Below, piece after piece: positions 46,627-54,501 of a DNA stretch of 64,000 nt. This DNA comes from a virus. The notes under the pieces are model-generated. The model was not told the origin of the DNA and ran no database searches. It saw nothing but the letters and a program-made list of their open reading frames with translations. Each line of letters opens with the position of its first letter. Within the stretch, counting starts at the first letter, position 1. Position numbers and translations under genes: made by a program. The DNA lies in the IMG/VR virus record IMGVR_UViG_3300035148_000415, positions 1-64,000 of that record; one strand, given 5' to 3'.

Positions 46627-46880
46627 ACATGGTCGGGAACGCGCTGGCGTCGAGGGTCGCATCGGAGTACCTGGAGTCCAGGCCCGGGGCGACCGTCGTC
46701 GGATACAGCACCGGCAGGTCTCACCTCGTGGACGAGAGCGGTGCGGCCCTGTGCGGCTCGTACCTCTCTCCGCGCAACATCTCCAGGCAGTCGACGAGGG
46801 ACCCCCACCCGGTCCTCGGATCGGGCTGGTGCTACTCGTGCCTGGGCAACGCACTGAAGATCATGGGAGGGAAACAATGA
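46623..46880 (+). CDS. hypothetical protein
   Basis: ATGA overlap; 85 aa. Confidence 0.5.
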   Translation: MNMVGNALASRVASEYLESRPGATVVGYSTGRSHLVDESGAALCGSYLSPRNISRQSTRDPHPVLGSGWCYSCLGNALKIMGGKQ

Positions 46881-47407
46881 GCATGATCATCCGACCGGAG
46901 TGGCGCATCTACAACGGCCGCTACGGCAAGAACGTCGGGCTCGCGGACTGGGAGCTGAGCGAGACCCGCGAACTCACGACGGGCAAGATCGACGTCGTGC
47001 TCAAGACCCCGGCGAGCTACAAGACGGAGAAGGTCGACGACAAGGACGTCCTCGACCGCTTCTACGACTTGCTCCGGCTGTGCGCCGAGGACTACTCGTT
47101 CAGCAGGTTCGGGTTCCAGGCGGGCGGTCGCTGCGTCGTGGAATCGCCCACCGGCAATCCGCACGTCATGCAGGTGACGCATCTGATCGACGGCTCGGAC
47201 GGGAGCACGCCTCGTGTCGAGGTGGACTTCTCGATCCGCCGCGCACCGTTCGACGACATGGAGTTCGCGCTCGACACGGTCGCGGCGCTGGTCGGCACGT
47301 ACGACCCGGCGACGATCGCCGACTCGATCAAGCGGTTCCGCACCGTGGCGGAGCCGGCCGTGCACAAGCTGTTCGACGTCCTGTACGAGGCGAGGGCGCG
47401 GGCGTGA
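46877..47407 (+). CDS. hypothetical protein
   Basis: ATGA overlap; 176 aa. Confidence 0.6.
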   Translation: MSMIIRPEWRIYNGRYGKNVGLADWELSETRELTTGKIDVVLKTPASYKTEKVDDKDVLDRFYDLLRLCAEDYSFSRFGFQAGGRCVVESPTGNPHVMQVTHLIDGSDGSTPRVEVDFSIRRAPFDDMEFALDTVAALVGTYDPATIADSIKRFRTVAEPAVHKLFDVLYEARARA

Positions 47408-47682
47408 CCGTCGCCGACAGGCCCCTCGGGTACGAGGAGGCGTGGCGCCCGATCGGAAGCTCCCCGAAGGCGATGGCGTCGGTGAGGTTCACCGTCGCCA
47501 GCAGCAACGGGGAGGGGCAGGGGATGCACTGCACCTGCCTGCGCTGCGGCGATATGTTGTTCACCAGTTTCGGGAGCACCGGCGCCATGAACGAGGCGAA
47601 GCGCTTCCACCGGGAGGCTCACGCCAGGGGCCGGAGAGTAGGAGGTTCACCGGATGTCGAACGGGAACAGGAAGAAGGCTGA
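47404..47682 (+). CDS. hypothetical protein (CTCLRC motif)
   Basis: GTGA overlap; 92 aa. Confidence 0.5.
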   Translation: MTVADRPLGYEEAWRPIGSSPKAMASVRFTVASSNGEGQGMHCTCLRCGDMLFTSFGSTGAMNEAKRFHREAHARGRRVGGSPDVEREQEEG

Positions 47683-48001
47683 GCAGGGTCCGTTGTTCGT
47701 CAAGAACCTCGACTACGGCACCGTGATCACGTCCACGATCGACAGCGAGGGGAAGATGACGGTCACGTTCACCGACCCCGCCCACGGGACGAAGCTGATG
47801 CTCGAGACCGATCTGATCGTCCCGGGGTGCCTGGCGATCTCCGCCGAGATGTGCGGCATCCTGGTGTCCTCCCTCGTCCCGGCGATGGTGGAGGCGCTGC
47901 TGCACAAGGACCGCCCGGACGAGTGGACGGTGCTGCTCGGCGAGCGCCTCAGCACGATGGAGAAGCTCGACGAGTCCATCGAGGGCCGCAGGGATGGGTG
48001 A
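47654..48001 (+). CDS. hypothetical protein
   Basis: AGGAGG SD; 115 aa. Confidence 0.6.
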   Translation: MSNGNRKKAEQGPLFVKNLDYGTVITSTIDSEGKMTVTFTDPAHGTKLMLETDLIVPGCLAISAEMCGILVSSLVPAMVEALLHKDRPDEWTVLLGERLSTMEKLDESIEGRRDG

Positions 48002-48299
48002 CGCAGTCGTCGCGCTGCTGATCCTCCTGTGGTGCGCGTGGATCGTGGCGGTTGTCAACTCGTTGCGCAAGTTCGCCTCGAACAGGCGCGCCGAGCATTC
48101 CGACCGGATCCTCGAAGTCGATCCGGTCTACGCGGACGCGTTCCGCCGGCACCCTGCGTACAGGGACCGCAAGGGCCATCACCCGTGGAGGTGCGGGACC
48201 TGCTGGAGGGTGTTCGAGGACATGGAGGGGGAGCACTCCCCTCCGGTCCATTTCAGCCGCTACCACCGCCGCGCCCCTATAGGGCCTGACGATCTGTAG
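47994..48299 (+). CDS. membrane-anchored protein
   Basis: N-terminal AVVALLILLWCAWIVAVV helix; last gene before a strong terminator. Confidence 0.55.
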   Translation: MGDAVVALLILLWCAWIVAVVNSLRKFASNRRAEHSDRILEVDPVYADAFRRHPAYRDRKGHHPWRCGTCWRVFEDMEGEHSPPVHFSRYHRRAPIGPDDL

Positions 48300-48312
48300 C
48301 AGCTGGGCCAAC

Positions 48313-48344
48313 GGGCCGGTCCCGCCTTCGGGCGGGACCGGCCC
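48313..48344 (+). terminator. 14-bp GC stem, TTCG loop hairpin ending the replication module
   Basis: GGGCCGGTCCCGCC-ttcg-GGCGGGACCGGCCC, downstream ..gtctttccgtgtttc. Confidence 0.7.
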
Positions 48345-48381
48345 CGCGCGTCTTTCCGTGTTTCACGGGTAGTCTCGGCAT

Positions 48382-48849
48382 ATGGCCGACAACACTGCGC
48401 TCGAACTGGCCGACGAGCACGCCAAGCTGAGCGCCAGGATGCGGGAGGCCGAGCTCGTCCACCAGATGAGGGTCGAGGGGCACTCCTACGCGCGCATCGC
48501 GAAGTCGCTGCGCATCTCCCAGCTCACCGCCGGAAGGCTCCACAGGGAGCACCTGGAGCGGCTCCGCGAGCTCGAGTCGCTGGGTGCGCTCGAAGCATCG
48601 AGGAAGGTGCAGGAGGAGCGCTACGAGACGCTCCTGGCTGCCGTGTGGAAGCAGGCGATGGCCGGCGACCTGGCGGCGGTGTCGCAGTGCAGGCAGATCC
48701 TCGACTCGATCACGTCACGGGAGCTGAAGGTCACCGCTATGCTCACCAACGACGACGGGGACGGCAAGACCGTCACCATCGTCGCCGAGGGCTCCAGCGA
48801 CGAGTACATCAACGCTCTCAGAGAGATGGGCCAGGTGGTGCGCGCATGA
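48382..48849 (+). CDS. HTH DNA-binding protein, small-terminase-like
   Basis: VEGHSYARIAKSLRISQLTAGRL helix-turn-helix followed by helical oligomerisation-type region, pattern typical of actinophage TerS; no SD, possible leaderless start. Confidence 0.5.
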   Translation: MADNTALELADEHAKLSARMREAELVHQMRVEGHSYARIAKSLRISQLTAGRLHREHLERLRELESLGALEASRKVQEERYETLLAAVWKQAMAGDLAAVSQCRQILDSITSRELKVTAMLTNDDGDGKTVTIVAEGSSDEYINALREMGQVVRA

Positions 48850-49253
48850 GCAGGTACACGCTGACAGAGACCGACCTCGTGGCCACCGTCGGCATGGACT
48901 TCACGTTCCAGCTGTGGGTGGTCGACCATCGCGGGATGCCGCTCCCGCTGGAGCGGCCTGCGAAGATGACGGTCGTGGACAGGATCGGCCAGACGCTGTT
49001 CGAAACGGCCGACGGGCCTGCGGACAACACGGTCGAAGCGACCATCGCGCTGTCGACGGACAACGGCCTCGCCCAGGTGACCATCCCCAGGGCGCTGTCG
49101 GACGACTGGTTCCCGTCGATCCATTCGTGGGACCTCTGGGCCACCATCTACGACGGCGAGTCCCAGGGCAGCTTCCCCAAGGGGCAGCAGATCCCGCTGG
49201 CCCGGGGCAGGTTCATCATCCAGCCGCGCAACACCGTATTGGAGGACCAGTGA
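48846..49253 (+). CDS. hypothetical protein (beta-rich, fibre-cluster member)
   Basis: ATGA overlap; 135 aa. Confidence 0.55.
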   Translation: MSRYTLTETDLVATVGMDFTFQLWVVDHRGMPLPLERPAKMTVVDRIGQTLFETADGPADNTVEATIALSTDNGLAQVTIPRALSDDWFPSIHSWDLWATIYDGESQGSFPKGQQIPLARGRFIIQPRNTVLEDQ

Positions 49254-50308
49254 CGACATTGAGCCCGTTCAAGGAGGGCGCAGTCATCCACATCGCCCAG
49301 GGCGTGCTGCGCGGCGTCGGGCCGATGGGTCCGCGCGGATTCACGGGACCGGCCGGTCCGAGGGGCGAACAGGGGCCGCAGGGCGAGCAGCCGGAGATGG
49401 CCCCGGTCGCCGCATCGTTCAGCAGGTCCGCCACCGCGTCCCCGGCCAGCCCTGTCACGGACTGGCTGGTCCTGCAGATGGTCGCCGAGGGGTACAACGT
49501 CGGCGGAATGGCGATGCTGCGCCCGGAGGGGACGGTCGGCATCACCGGGAACCACCCGGACGGTGTCGCCGTCCTCGGGTCCCTGTCCGTCTCGCTGAGG
49601 ACGGCGTCCCCGTCCTCGGAGCAGCTGACGGTGGAGCTCGGGCTGTTCGCCGACGACGACCCGAATCCGTTCGCGTCCGACACGATCGTCCACACCACCG
49701 GGACGACCCCGGGCAGGTACTCGTTCTCCGGGGTGGGCCGCTTCGACTCCGGGGCGGTCATCTCGGCGAGGATGAGGCTCGCAGTGGCTCCGTCGTCCGC
49801 CGTGCTGGAGTGCACGTTCGCAGAACTTGCGCTGGCGAGGACCGGCGGGGCCCCTGGCGTGCAGGGGCCGCAGGGGCCTCCCGGGCTGAAGGGCGATCCC
49901 GGCCCGCAGGGGATCCCCGGCAACGCAGGCACCGGGTACGGGACGTTCGCAGGCATCAACGCTGCTGCCGACACGTATCCGGGGACGATCTCGGACAACG
50001 CCCAGGGCCTCCCGCTGCCGAGCGGGACCGACGTGCCGGCGATCCCTGCGATCTTCAAGACCATGTCGACCAGGCTCGCGAAGCTCGTCGTGCGCAGGCA
50101 CGCAGACCGCAACTCGATGATGAACGCTCCCGACAGCGAGGCCGGGCAGATCAACTACCTGGACTCGAACTCGGCGTTCATGGTCGAGAACATGCTGGCC
50201 GGGGTGAGGACGTACGCACCGCTGGCACAGGTCCTCTACGGGACCGGCGACCCTCCGTTGGGATCATGGCCGGCGGGCAGCGTCTACTTCAAAGTCACAT
50301 CGGCGTAG
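49250..50308 (+). CDS. collagen-like tail fibre protein
   Basis: GTGA overlap; (G-X-Y)x8 at nt 49319-49390 and about x9 at nt 49847-49936. Confidence 0.7.
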   Translation: MTTLSPFKEGAVIHIAQGVLRGVGPMGPRGFTGPAGPRGEQGPQGEQPEMAPVAASFSRSATASPASPVTDWLVLQMVAEGYNVGGMAMLRPEGTVGITGNHPDGVAVLGSLSVSLRTASPSSEQLTVELGLFADDDPNPFASDTIVHTTGTTPGRYSFSGVGRFDSGAVISARMRLAVAPSSAVLECTFAELALARTGGAPGVQGPQGPPGLKGDPGPQGIPGNAGTGYGTFAGINAAADTYPGTISDNAQGLPLPSGTDVPAIPAIFKTMSTRLAKLVVRRHADRNSMMNAPDSEAGQINYLDSNSAFMVENMLAGVRTYAPLAQVLYGTGDPPLGSWPAGSVYFKVTSA

Positions 50309-50311
50309 CCC

Positions 50312-51646
50312 ATGGCTTACAACATGTTCGTCGTCGGCGAAGACTTCGACCCGGACTGGCTGCCCGGATCGCCCGGCTCTCCGTCGCCGTTCCTCCCCGT
50401 GGAGGAGGCGTACCTCAACGACGGCCAATCATGGATGCGGGTCACCACCGGCTGGGTCGCCGGGGAGGACAACGCGCTCAAGGCGCTGTCCGGACACGTC
50501 GGCGCGCTGAGGGCGTCGGCCGCACCGACCAGGGACCACTACATCCGCGTCTCGTGGAGCACGTACGCGGCGGAGGCGACATCGGTCTGGGTCGACGGGG
50601 AGCAGGTCTGGTCCACGGACGACACGATCACCGCGAGCAACGGCAGCACGAGGACGGGCCCGTACGACCCGGGATCGATGCACACGGTGGAGGTCAGGGC
50701 GAAGGAGTACGACTCGGTCGTGGTGGAGTCCAGCGGTCCGATCCAGGTCACCATGGAGCAGATGCAGCCTCCGATGGGGCTGAGCATCACCGGCATAACG
50801 TCGACCAGCTGCACCATCTGGTGGACCCAGGATCCGCAGGCGAAGGACGTCTTCGTCTACGACGTGGACACCTCCACCAACCCGCACACCTTCACCCAGA
50901 TCGCGCACGTGTACGACAAGGGCTCCTGGACCCGGGAGGGCATGCAGTCGGGCAAGACGTACACGATGTGCATCAGGGCGAAGCACAGCTCCGGCATCCT
51001 CTCGCCGCCGTCCGCGTACGTCACCACGACGGCGCAGACCACCTTCCCCGCAGGTATCTACGTGTTCCAGGCGACCGTCGCCGACACCTGGATCATCGGG
51101 CCGAACCGGTGGCTCGGCCATGAGCAGCAGGCGCGCAACGAGCTGACGTCCGGCAATGCGATGCCGCTCCCGAACATCGAATGGGGCATGCGGGTCCTGG
51201 TGTTCGCCGGATACAGGGAGACGACCACCGGCAAGTCCATCGACGAGTTCTTCGCCAGCCATGGCGGGAACGTCACGGTGCGCGTGCAGCAGATCTCGAC
51301 GTACATCGCCAGGAAGAACACCGTGCACGGGCTGAACGAGCCGGTGCTGGCGAGATGGAGGCCGCACCACTACACCTCGATCCCGTCCCAGGCCCCGGTG
51401 CCGGACGAGTCTGTCGCCCCGTTCCAGGGCCCGCGGCTCGTGCGCGGGCAGGCGGAGTACGTGACGCTCCCGTCGTCCTGGAGCACCAAGTTCTTCCACA
51501 CGTCCTCCGGTGCGGCCGGGGCTCCGATGGAGGGCCTGGCGCTCGGATATCCGCAGCAGACCGGCTACGACTACACCGATTACATGGTCCACCCGTCCCT
51601 CGCCGACGAGCCGCGGCTGGGCGAGCTGAGGTTCCACGTATGGTGA
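50312..51646 (+). CDS. fibronectin type III domain protein, probable receptor-binding/fibre protein
   Basis: FN3-like PPMGLSITGITSTSCTIWWT..GKTYTMCIRAK..SPPSAYVTTT (nt 50768-51031), a second FN3-like unit upstream. Confidence 0.65.
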   Translation: MAYNMFVVGEDFDPDWLPGSPGSPSPFLPVEEAYLNDGQSWMRVTTGWVAGEDNALKALSGHVGALRASAAPTRDHYIRVSWSTYAAEATSVWVDGEQVWSTDDTITASNGSTRTGPYDPGSMHTVEVRAKEYDSVVVESSGPIQVTMEQMQPPMGLSITGITSTSCTIWWTQDPQAKDVFVYDVDTSTNPHTFTQIAHVYDKGSWTREGMQSGKTYTMCIRAKHSSGILSPPSAYVTTTAQTTFPAGIYVFQATVADTWIIGPNRWLGHEQQARNELTSGNAMPLPNIEWGMRVLVFAGYRETTTGKSIDEFFASHGGNVTVRVQQISTYIARKNTVHGLNEPVLARWRPHHYTSIPSQAPVPDESVAPFQGPRLVRGQAEYVTLPSSWSTKFFHTSSGAAGAPMEGLALGYPQQTGYDYTDYMVHPSLADEPRLGELRFHVW

Positions 51647-51906
51647 GCGCCGAGGAGAAGTGGGCGAACAGGATCCAGACGTCGGAGATCCTGGGGGTGT
51701 CGCTCCATGCGATCTCCCTGCTCGCCAGGGACAACAAGCTGAAGCCGGACTGCATCACGTGCGGGCGCATCCGCTGGCTCCGTTCGGAGCTTGCGCAGCG
51801 CAGGCAGGAGCTGAGGGACCACCTTCGGAGTCGCTATCCTGACAAGACCGATGAGTTGATAATCGAGGACGAAGATGCTAAGATAGGTGTGTCGGGAACA
51901 GGATGA
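51643..51906 (+). CDS. excisionase/MerR-type HTH DNA-binding protein
   Basis: GTGA overlap; IQTSEILGVSLHAISLLARDNKL..IRWLRSEL. Confidence 0.6.
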   Translation: MSAEEKWANRIQTSEILGVSLHAISLLARDNKLKPDCITCGRIRWLRSELAQRRQELRDHLRSRYPDKTDELIIEDEDAKIGVSGTG

Positions 51907-52044
51907 CCCGCAGGTACTGCACCTGTGGATGCTCTCCAGATCCCGTACCACCGCCCGAAAGGGCGAGGCCTCGCAACATTCCACCGGTCCTCACGGATAG
52001 ATGGAATGCGGGGCTTTTGCATTGTCCGATGTACATGCACACAG

Positions 52045-52074
52045 TTGCATATTCGGACGCAATAGTGGTATAAT
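52045..52074 (+). promoter_or_regulatory. promoter P1 (consensus sigma-70/SigA type, extended -10)
   Basis: TTGCAT, 18-nt spacer, TGg-TATAAT; TATAATAGAGATAACG (52069-52084) identical to P2. Confidence 0.65.
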
Positions 52075-52110
52075 AGAGATAACGCAAAGGGATTAACCAT
52101 CCCCGCGTGA

Positions 52111-52140
52111 GGCCCGGAAACGACCCGTTTCCGGGCCTTT
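52111..52140 (+). terminator. leader hairpin with short U run between P1 and first gene
   Basis: GGCCCGGAAAC-gaccc-GTTTCCGGGCC followed by TTT; about 37 nt downstream of the -10, 26 nt upstream of ATG 52166. Confidence 0.5.
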
Positions 52141-52165
52141 CCTATACCCCGGGAAGGGGGGCGAA

Positions 52166-52534
52166 ATGGGCGAGAAGCCCATCTTGAAGCCCATACCGAT
52201 CGGCTCCAAGCCGGTCTATGTGGGCGAAGGAGTGAGATTCCGCATGGATTGGGCAGACCCAATCCACCACCCGCTCGTCTGGGAGGAGACCGGCAAGAAC
52301 GGTCGACTCCAAGAGCGGATGGAGATCCGCTTCATCGGGACGATCCTCGACGACGACGGCGAGTGGGCCGACCGGCCCACCTGCCTCGTCTTCCGGGGGA
52401 TGGAGTGGAAGGCCTTGCAGGCTTCTCTGGCTGCACAGGCCTCGAACCCGTTCGTCGTGTTCGATCCGAAGGAACTGGACAGCTGGTACGCCAGCTGCAC
52501 AGGTCCGGGGCAGATCGAGGTCATCAGGATCTGA
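52166..52534 (+). CDS. hypothetical protein
   Basis: GGGAAGGGGGG SD; 122 aa; high GC3. Confidence 0.65.
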   Translation: MGEKPILKPIPIGSKPVYVGEGVRFRMDWADPIHHPLVWEETGKNGRLQERMEIRFIGTILDDDGEWADRPTCLVFRGMEWKALQASLAAQASNPFVVFDPKELDSWYASCTGPGQIEVIRI

Positions 52535-52617
52535 GGATCCTGATGGCCACCCCCGCGTCGTGAGGGCGACGTTAAACAGGCCTTAGGCCCTCAGCGTCCT
52601 GCATCCATCGATGCGGG
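52523..52617 (+). repeat. structured intergenic element, copy 1 (partial architecture)
   Basis: Hairpins ATCAGGATC-tgag-GATCCTGAT, TGAGGGC..19 nt..GCCCTCA, CCTGCATC-catc-GATGCGGG. Confidence 0.7.
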
Positions 52618-52676
52618 GGTGGCACGCGAGAAGCGTCCTCCGGCGAAGAACCGGACATCTTCCGAAAGGGAACAGC

Positions 52677-53015
52677 ATGAATAAGAAGTCGGTCAAGAAG
52701 ACCGCCCGCACCGCGGCGACCGGTCTCGGCTACGCAGCCGCTGCTGCGGCGATCTTCGGGTCGGCGTACATCGAGGCCGTCAACGGCCTCGAGGCCGGGC
52801 GGGAGAGGGTCGCGGCACTGTGCCGCGACTTCGACTCCGCCCAGCGGGGCGACCGGTTCCAGGTGGTGGGGGACCACCGCACTGTCACGGTCATCGCCGG
52901 CCAGGGGCGGATCGATCCGGCGGGTCACACCGCCATGATCGACGGCCTCTACGTGGGCGGGGTCGTCGAGTACCGGGTCTTCCGGTACGGACGGTTGGTC
53001 CGCACCGTCAGCTGA
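52677..53015 (+). CDS. hypothetical protein with N-terminal Ala-rich hydrophobic segment
   Basis: GAAAGGGAA SD; MNKKSVKKTARTAATGLGYAAAAAAIFGSAYI.. Confidence 0.6.
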   Translation: MNKKSVKKTARTAATGLGYAAAAAAIFGSAYIEAVNGLEAGRERVAALCRDFDSAQRGDRFQVVGDHRTVTVIAGQGRIDPAGHTAMIDGLYVGGVVEYRVFRYGRLVRTVS

Positions 53016-53022
53016 GACGGTG

Positions 53023-53151
53023 CACGGCCGGATGTCCGCCACATCCAACATGCAGCATGCACGCTGCCGTCGTCAGGGCGACGTAAAAGAGGCCTCAGGC
53101 CCTGAGCGTGGATGCACGGCCCCCTCGATCAAGAGGGGGCCGTTCGCATCC
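53023..53151 (+). repeat. structured intergenic element, copy 2
   Basis: 27-nt and 24-nt blocks identical to copy 3; stems GGATGT/ACATCC, GCAGC/GCTGC, TCAGGGC/GCCCTGA, GGATGC-a-CGGCCCCCTC / GAGGGGGCCG-ttc-GCATCC. Confidence 0.75.
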
Positions 53152-53193
53152 GGTGGCGCGCGAAGAACGCGCGGTGAGTTCCGAGGAGGAACG

Positions 53194-53553
53194 ATGAGCA
53201 AGAGCAAGACGATCCCGTCGTTGGCCCAGATGAGGGCCGACAACGCCGAGGCTGCCGAGTGGGTCACCGACGAGGTGGGGCGCTACCGCGCCCACCGTGC
53301 CAACCGCCCCAACTGGAACGAGCACGCCTGCACCTGCTGCGGGCACCTGGAGTGCATCCGGTTCGAAGAGGAAAGCTGTAACTACGACGGATGCCCCAAG
53401 TGCAATACGGGGATCGGTGCGGAGTACTGCAGCCGCGGCAGCCACGAGTGGTCCTACCGTTCTCCTTACAGTGACATCCCGGCGGACTGCATCATCTGCG
53501 GTGCCTGGGATCTGAGGGACGAGGACGAGGACGACGAAGTCTGGTGGAACTGA
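53194..53553 (+). CDS. Cys-rich zinc-binding protein, acidic C-terminus
   Basis: GAGGAGGAA SD; CTCCGHLEC..C..CPKC..C..CIIC. Confidence 0.65.
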   Translation: MSKSKTIPSLAQMRADNAEAAEWVTDEVGRYRAHRANRPNWNEHACTCCGHLECIRFEEESCNYDGCPKCNTGIGAEYCSRGSHEWSYRSPYSDIPADCIICGAWDLRDEDEDDEVWWN

Positions 53554-53558
53554 CTCGT

Positions 53559-53676
53559 CACGGCCGGATGTCCGCCACATCCAACTGAGCCGGCAGTGTC
53601 CGGCCGTCGTCAGGGCGACGTAAAAGAGCCTCTTTGGCCCTGAGCGGGCCCGACACACCGATCCAGGTGCGTCGGG
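53559..53676 (+). repeat. structured intergenic element, copy 3
   Basis: Stems GGATGT/ACATCC, GCCGG/CCGGC, TCAGGGC/GCCCTGA, CCCGAC-a-CACC / GGTG-c-GTCGGG. Confidence 0.75.
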
Positions 53677-53709
53677 TATGAGGAGCAGCAGATGATCTGT
53701 TTGATGCAT

Positions 53710-53738
53710 TTGAATATGCACGTTATCTCTGATATAAT
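53710..53738 (+). promoter_or_regulatory. promoter P2 (consensus sigma-70/SigA type, extended -10)
   Basis: TTGAAT, 17-nt spacer, TGa-TATAAT; shares 16-mer TATAATAGAGATAACG (53733-53748) with P1. Confidence 0.7.
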
Positions 53739-53747
53739 AGAGATAAC
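53722..53747. promoter_or_regulatory. perfect 9-bp inverted repeat bracketing the P2 -10 box (operator candidate)
   Basis: GTTATCTCT-gatataat-AGAGATAAC; P1 carries only the right half-site. Confidence 0.55.
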
Positions 53748-53859
53748 GAGGACGGAGAAAGTCTGCCCTCGCAAGAGGCCCTCGGCAAGCACGCCGGGGG
53801 CCTTACCCATGCCCGAGAAGGGCCTATCGGGGGTGAGCCCCCAGAGAGGAGCGACAGCA

Positions 53860-54078
53860 ATGTCCTCCAAGCGCATCAAGCGGCAGAAGCAGCAGCAGGC
53901 ACTGGCGGTCACCGCCGGTGTGGTCGAGGGGATGACCCTCGGCCTGCAGTTTGTTCTGCTCGTCCACACCGCGGCCTCCGTCATCGGAGAGAAGCGGGCG
54001 GCGATCAAGGCCCGCAAGTCCGCCGTCGAGAAGGCTCAGGCCTACCTCGCCACCGAGGCGGAAGCGCAGCAGCAGTAG
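53860..54078 (+). CDS. small protein with basic N-terminus and one hydrophobic helix
   Basis: AGAGAGGAG SD; MSSKRIKRQKQQQ..VVEGMTLGLQFVLLVHTAASVI.. Confidence 0.6.
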   Translation: MSSKRIKRQKQQQALAVTAGVVEGMTLGLQFVLLVHTAASVIGEKRAAIKARKSAVEKAQAYLATEAEAQQQ

Positions 54079-54091
54079 TTCACACGCCCAG

Positions 54092-54149
54092 GGGGCCGGA
54101 GAGCATCGATCCTGATGCTTCTCCGGCCCCTCCGGGCCCTCTTTTTTTT
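54092..54149 (+). terminator. intrinsic terminator with T8 tract
   Basis: GGGGCCGGAGAGCATC-gatcct-GATGCTTCTCCGGCCCC (one bulge), small GGCCC/GGGCC hairpin, then TTTTTTTT 54142-54149. Confidence 0.75.
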
Positions 54150-54174
54150 GCCCATCACGAGAGGAAGGAAGGGC

Positions 54175-54501
54175 ATGGAAGACGAATTCATCAACTTGAC
54201 CCCTCACAGGGTCCGACTGTTCGTCCGGGGGAGGGTCGTGTTCGACCTCCCACCGGCGGAGCGCGCGGCGCGCGTGGTGCGCGCCAGGAGGCTGGTCGGA
54301 AGAGTTCAGGGTTTCCCCGTATATGAGGAGACGGGCGAGGTGCAGGTCGTGAACCTGCCGCCGGCCCGTCGAGGTACCTGGTTCATCGCATCTCGTATCG
54401 TTCGCGACGCGCTGGAAGGACGGCCCGACGTGGTCGTCCCCTCGGGGATGATCGAGGGCCCTGACGGCAGGCCCGTCGGTTGCAGGGAAGTGGTGAGATG
54501 A
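54175..54501 (+). CDS. hypothetical protein
   Basis: GAGGAAGGAAGG SD; 108 aa. Confidence 0.6.
   Translation: MEDEFINLTPHRVRLFVRGRVVFDLPPAERAARVVRARRLVGRVQGFPVYEETGEVQVVNLPPARRGTWFIASRIVRDALEGRPDVVVPSGMIEGPDGRPVGCREVVR

Noticed and set aside
48382-48849. Firm annotation as the small terminase subunit
   Set aside because: The HTH-plus-helical pattern fits TerS but equally fits a transcription factor. The gene is 14 kb from TerL, and a ParB-like protein occupies the usual TerS position. It is kept as 'TerS-like HTH protein' only.
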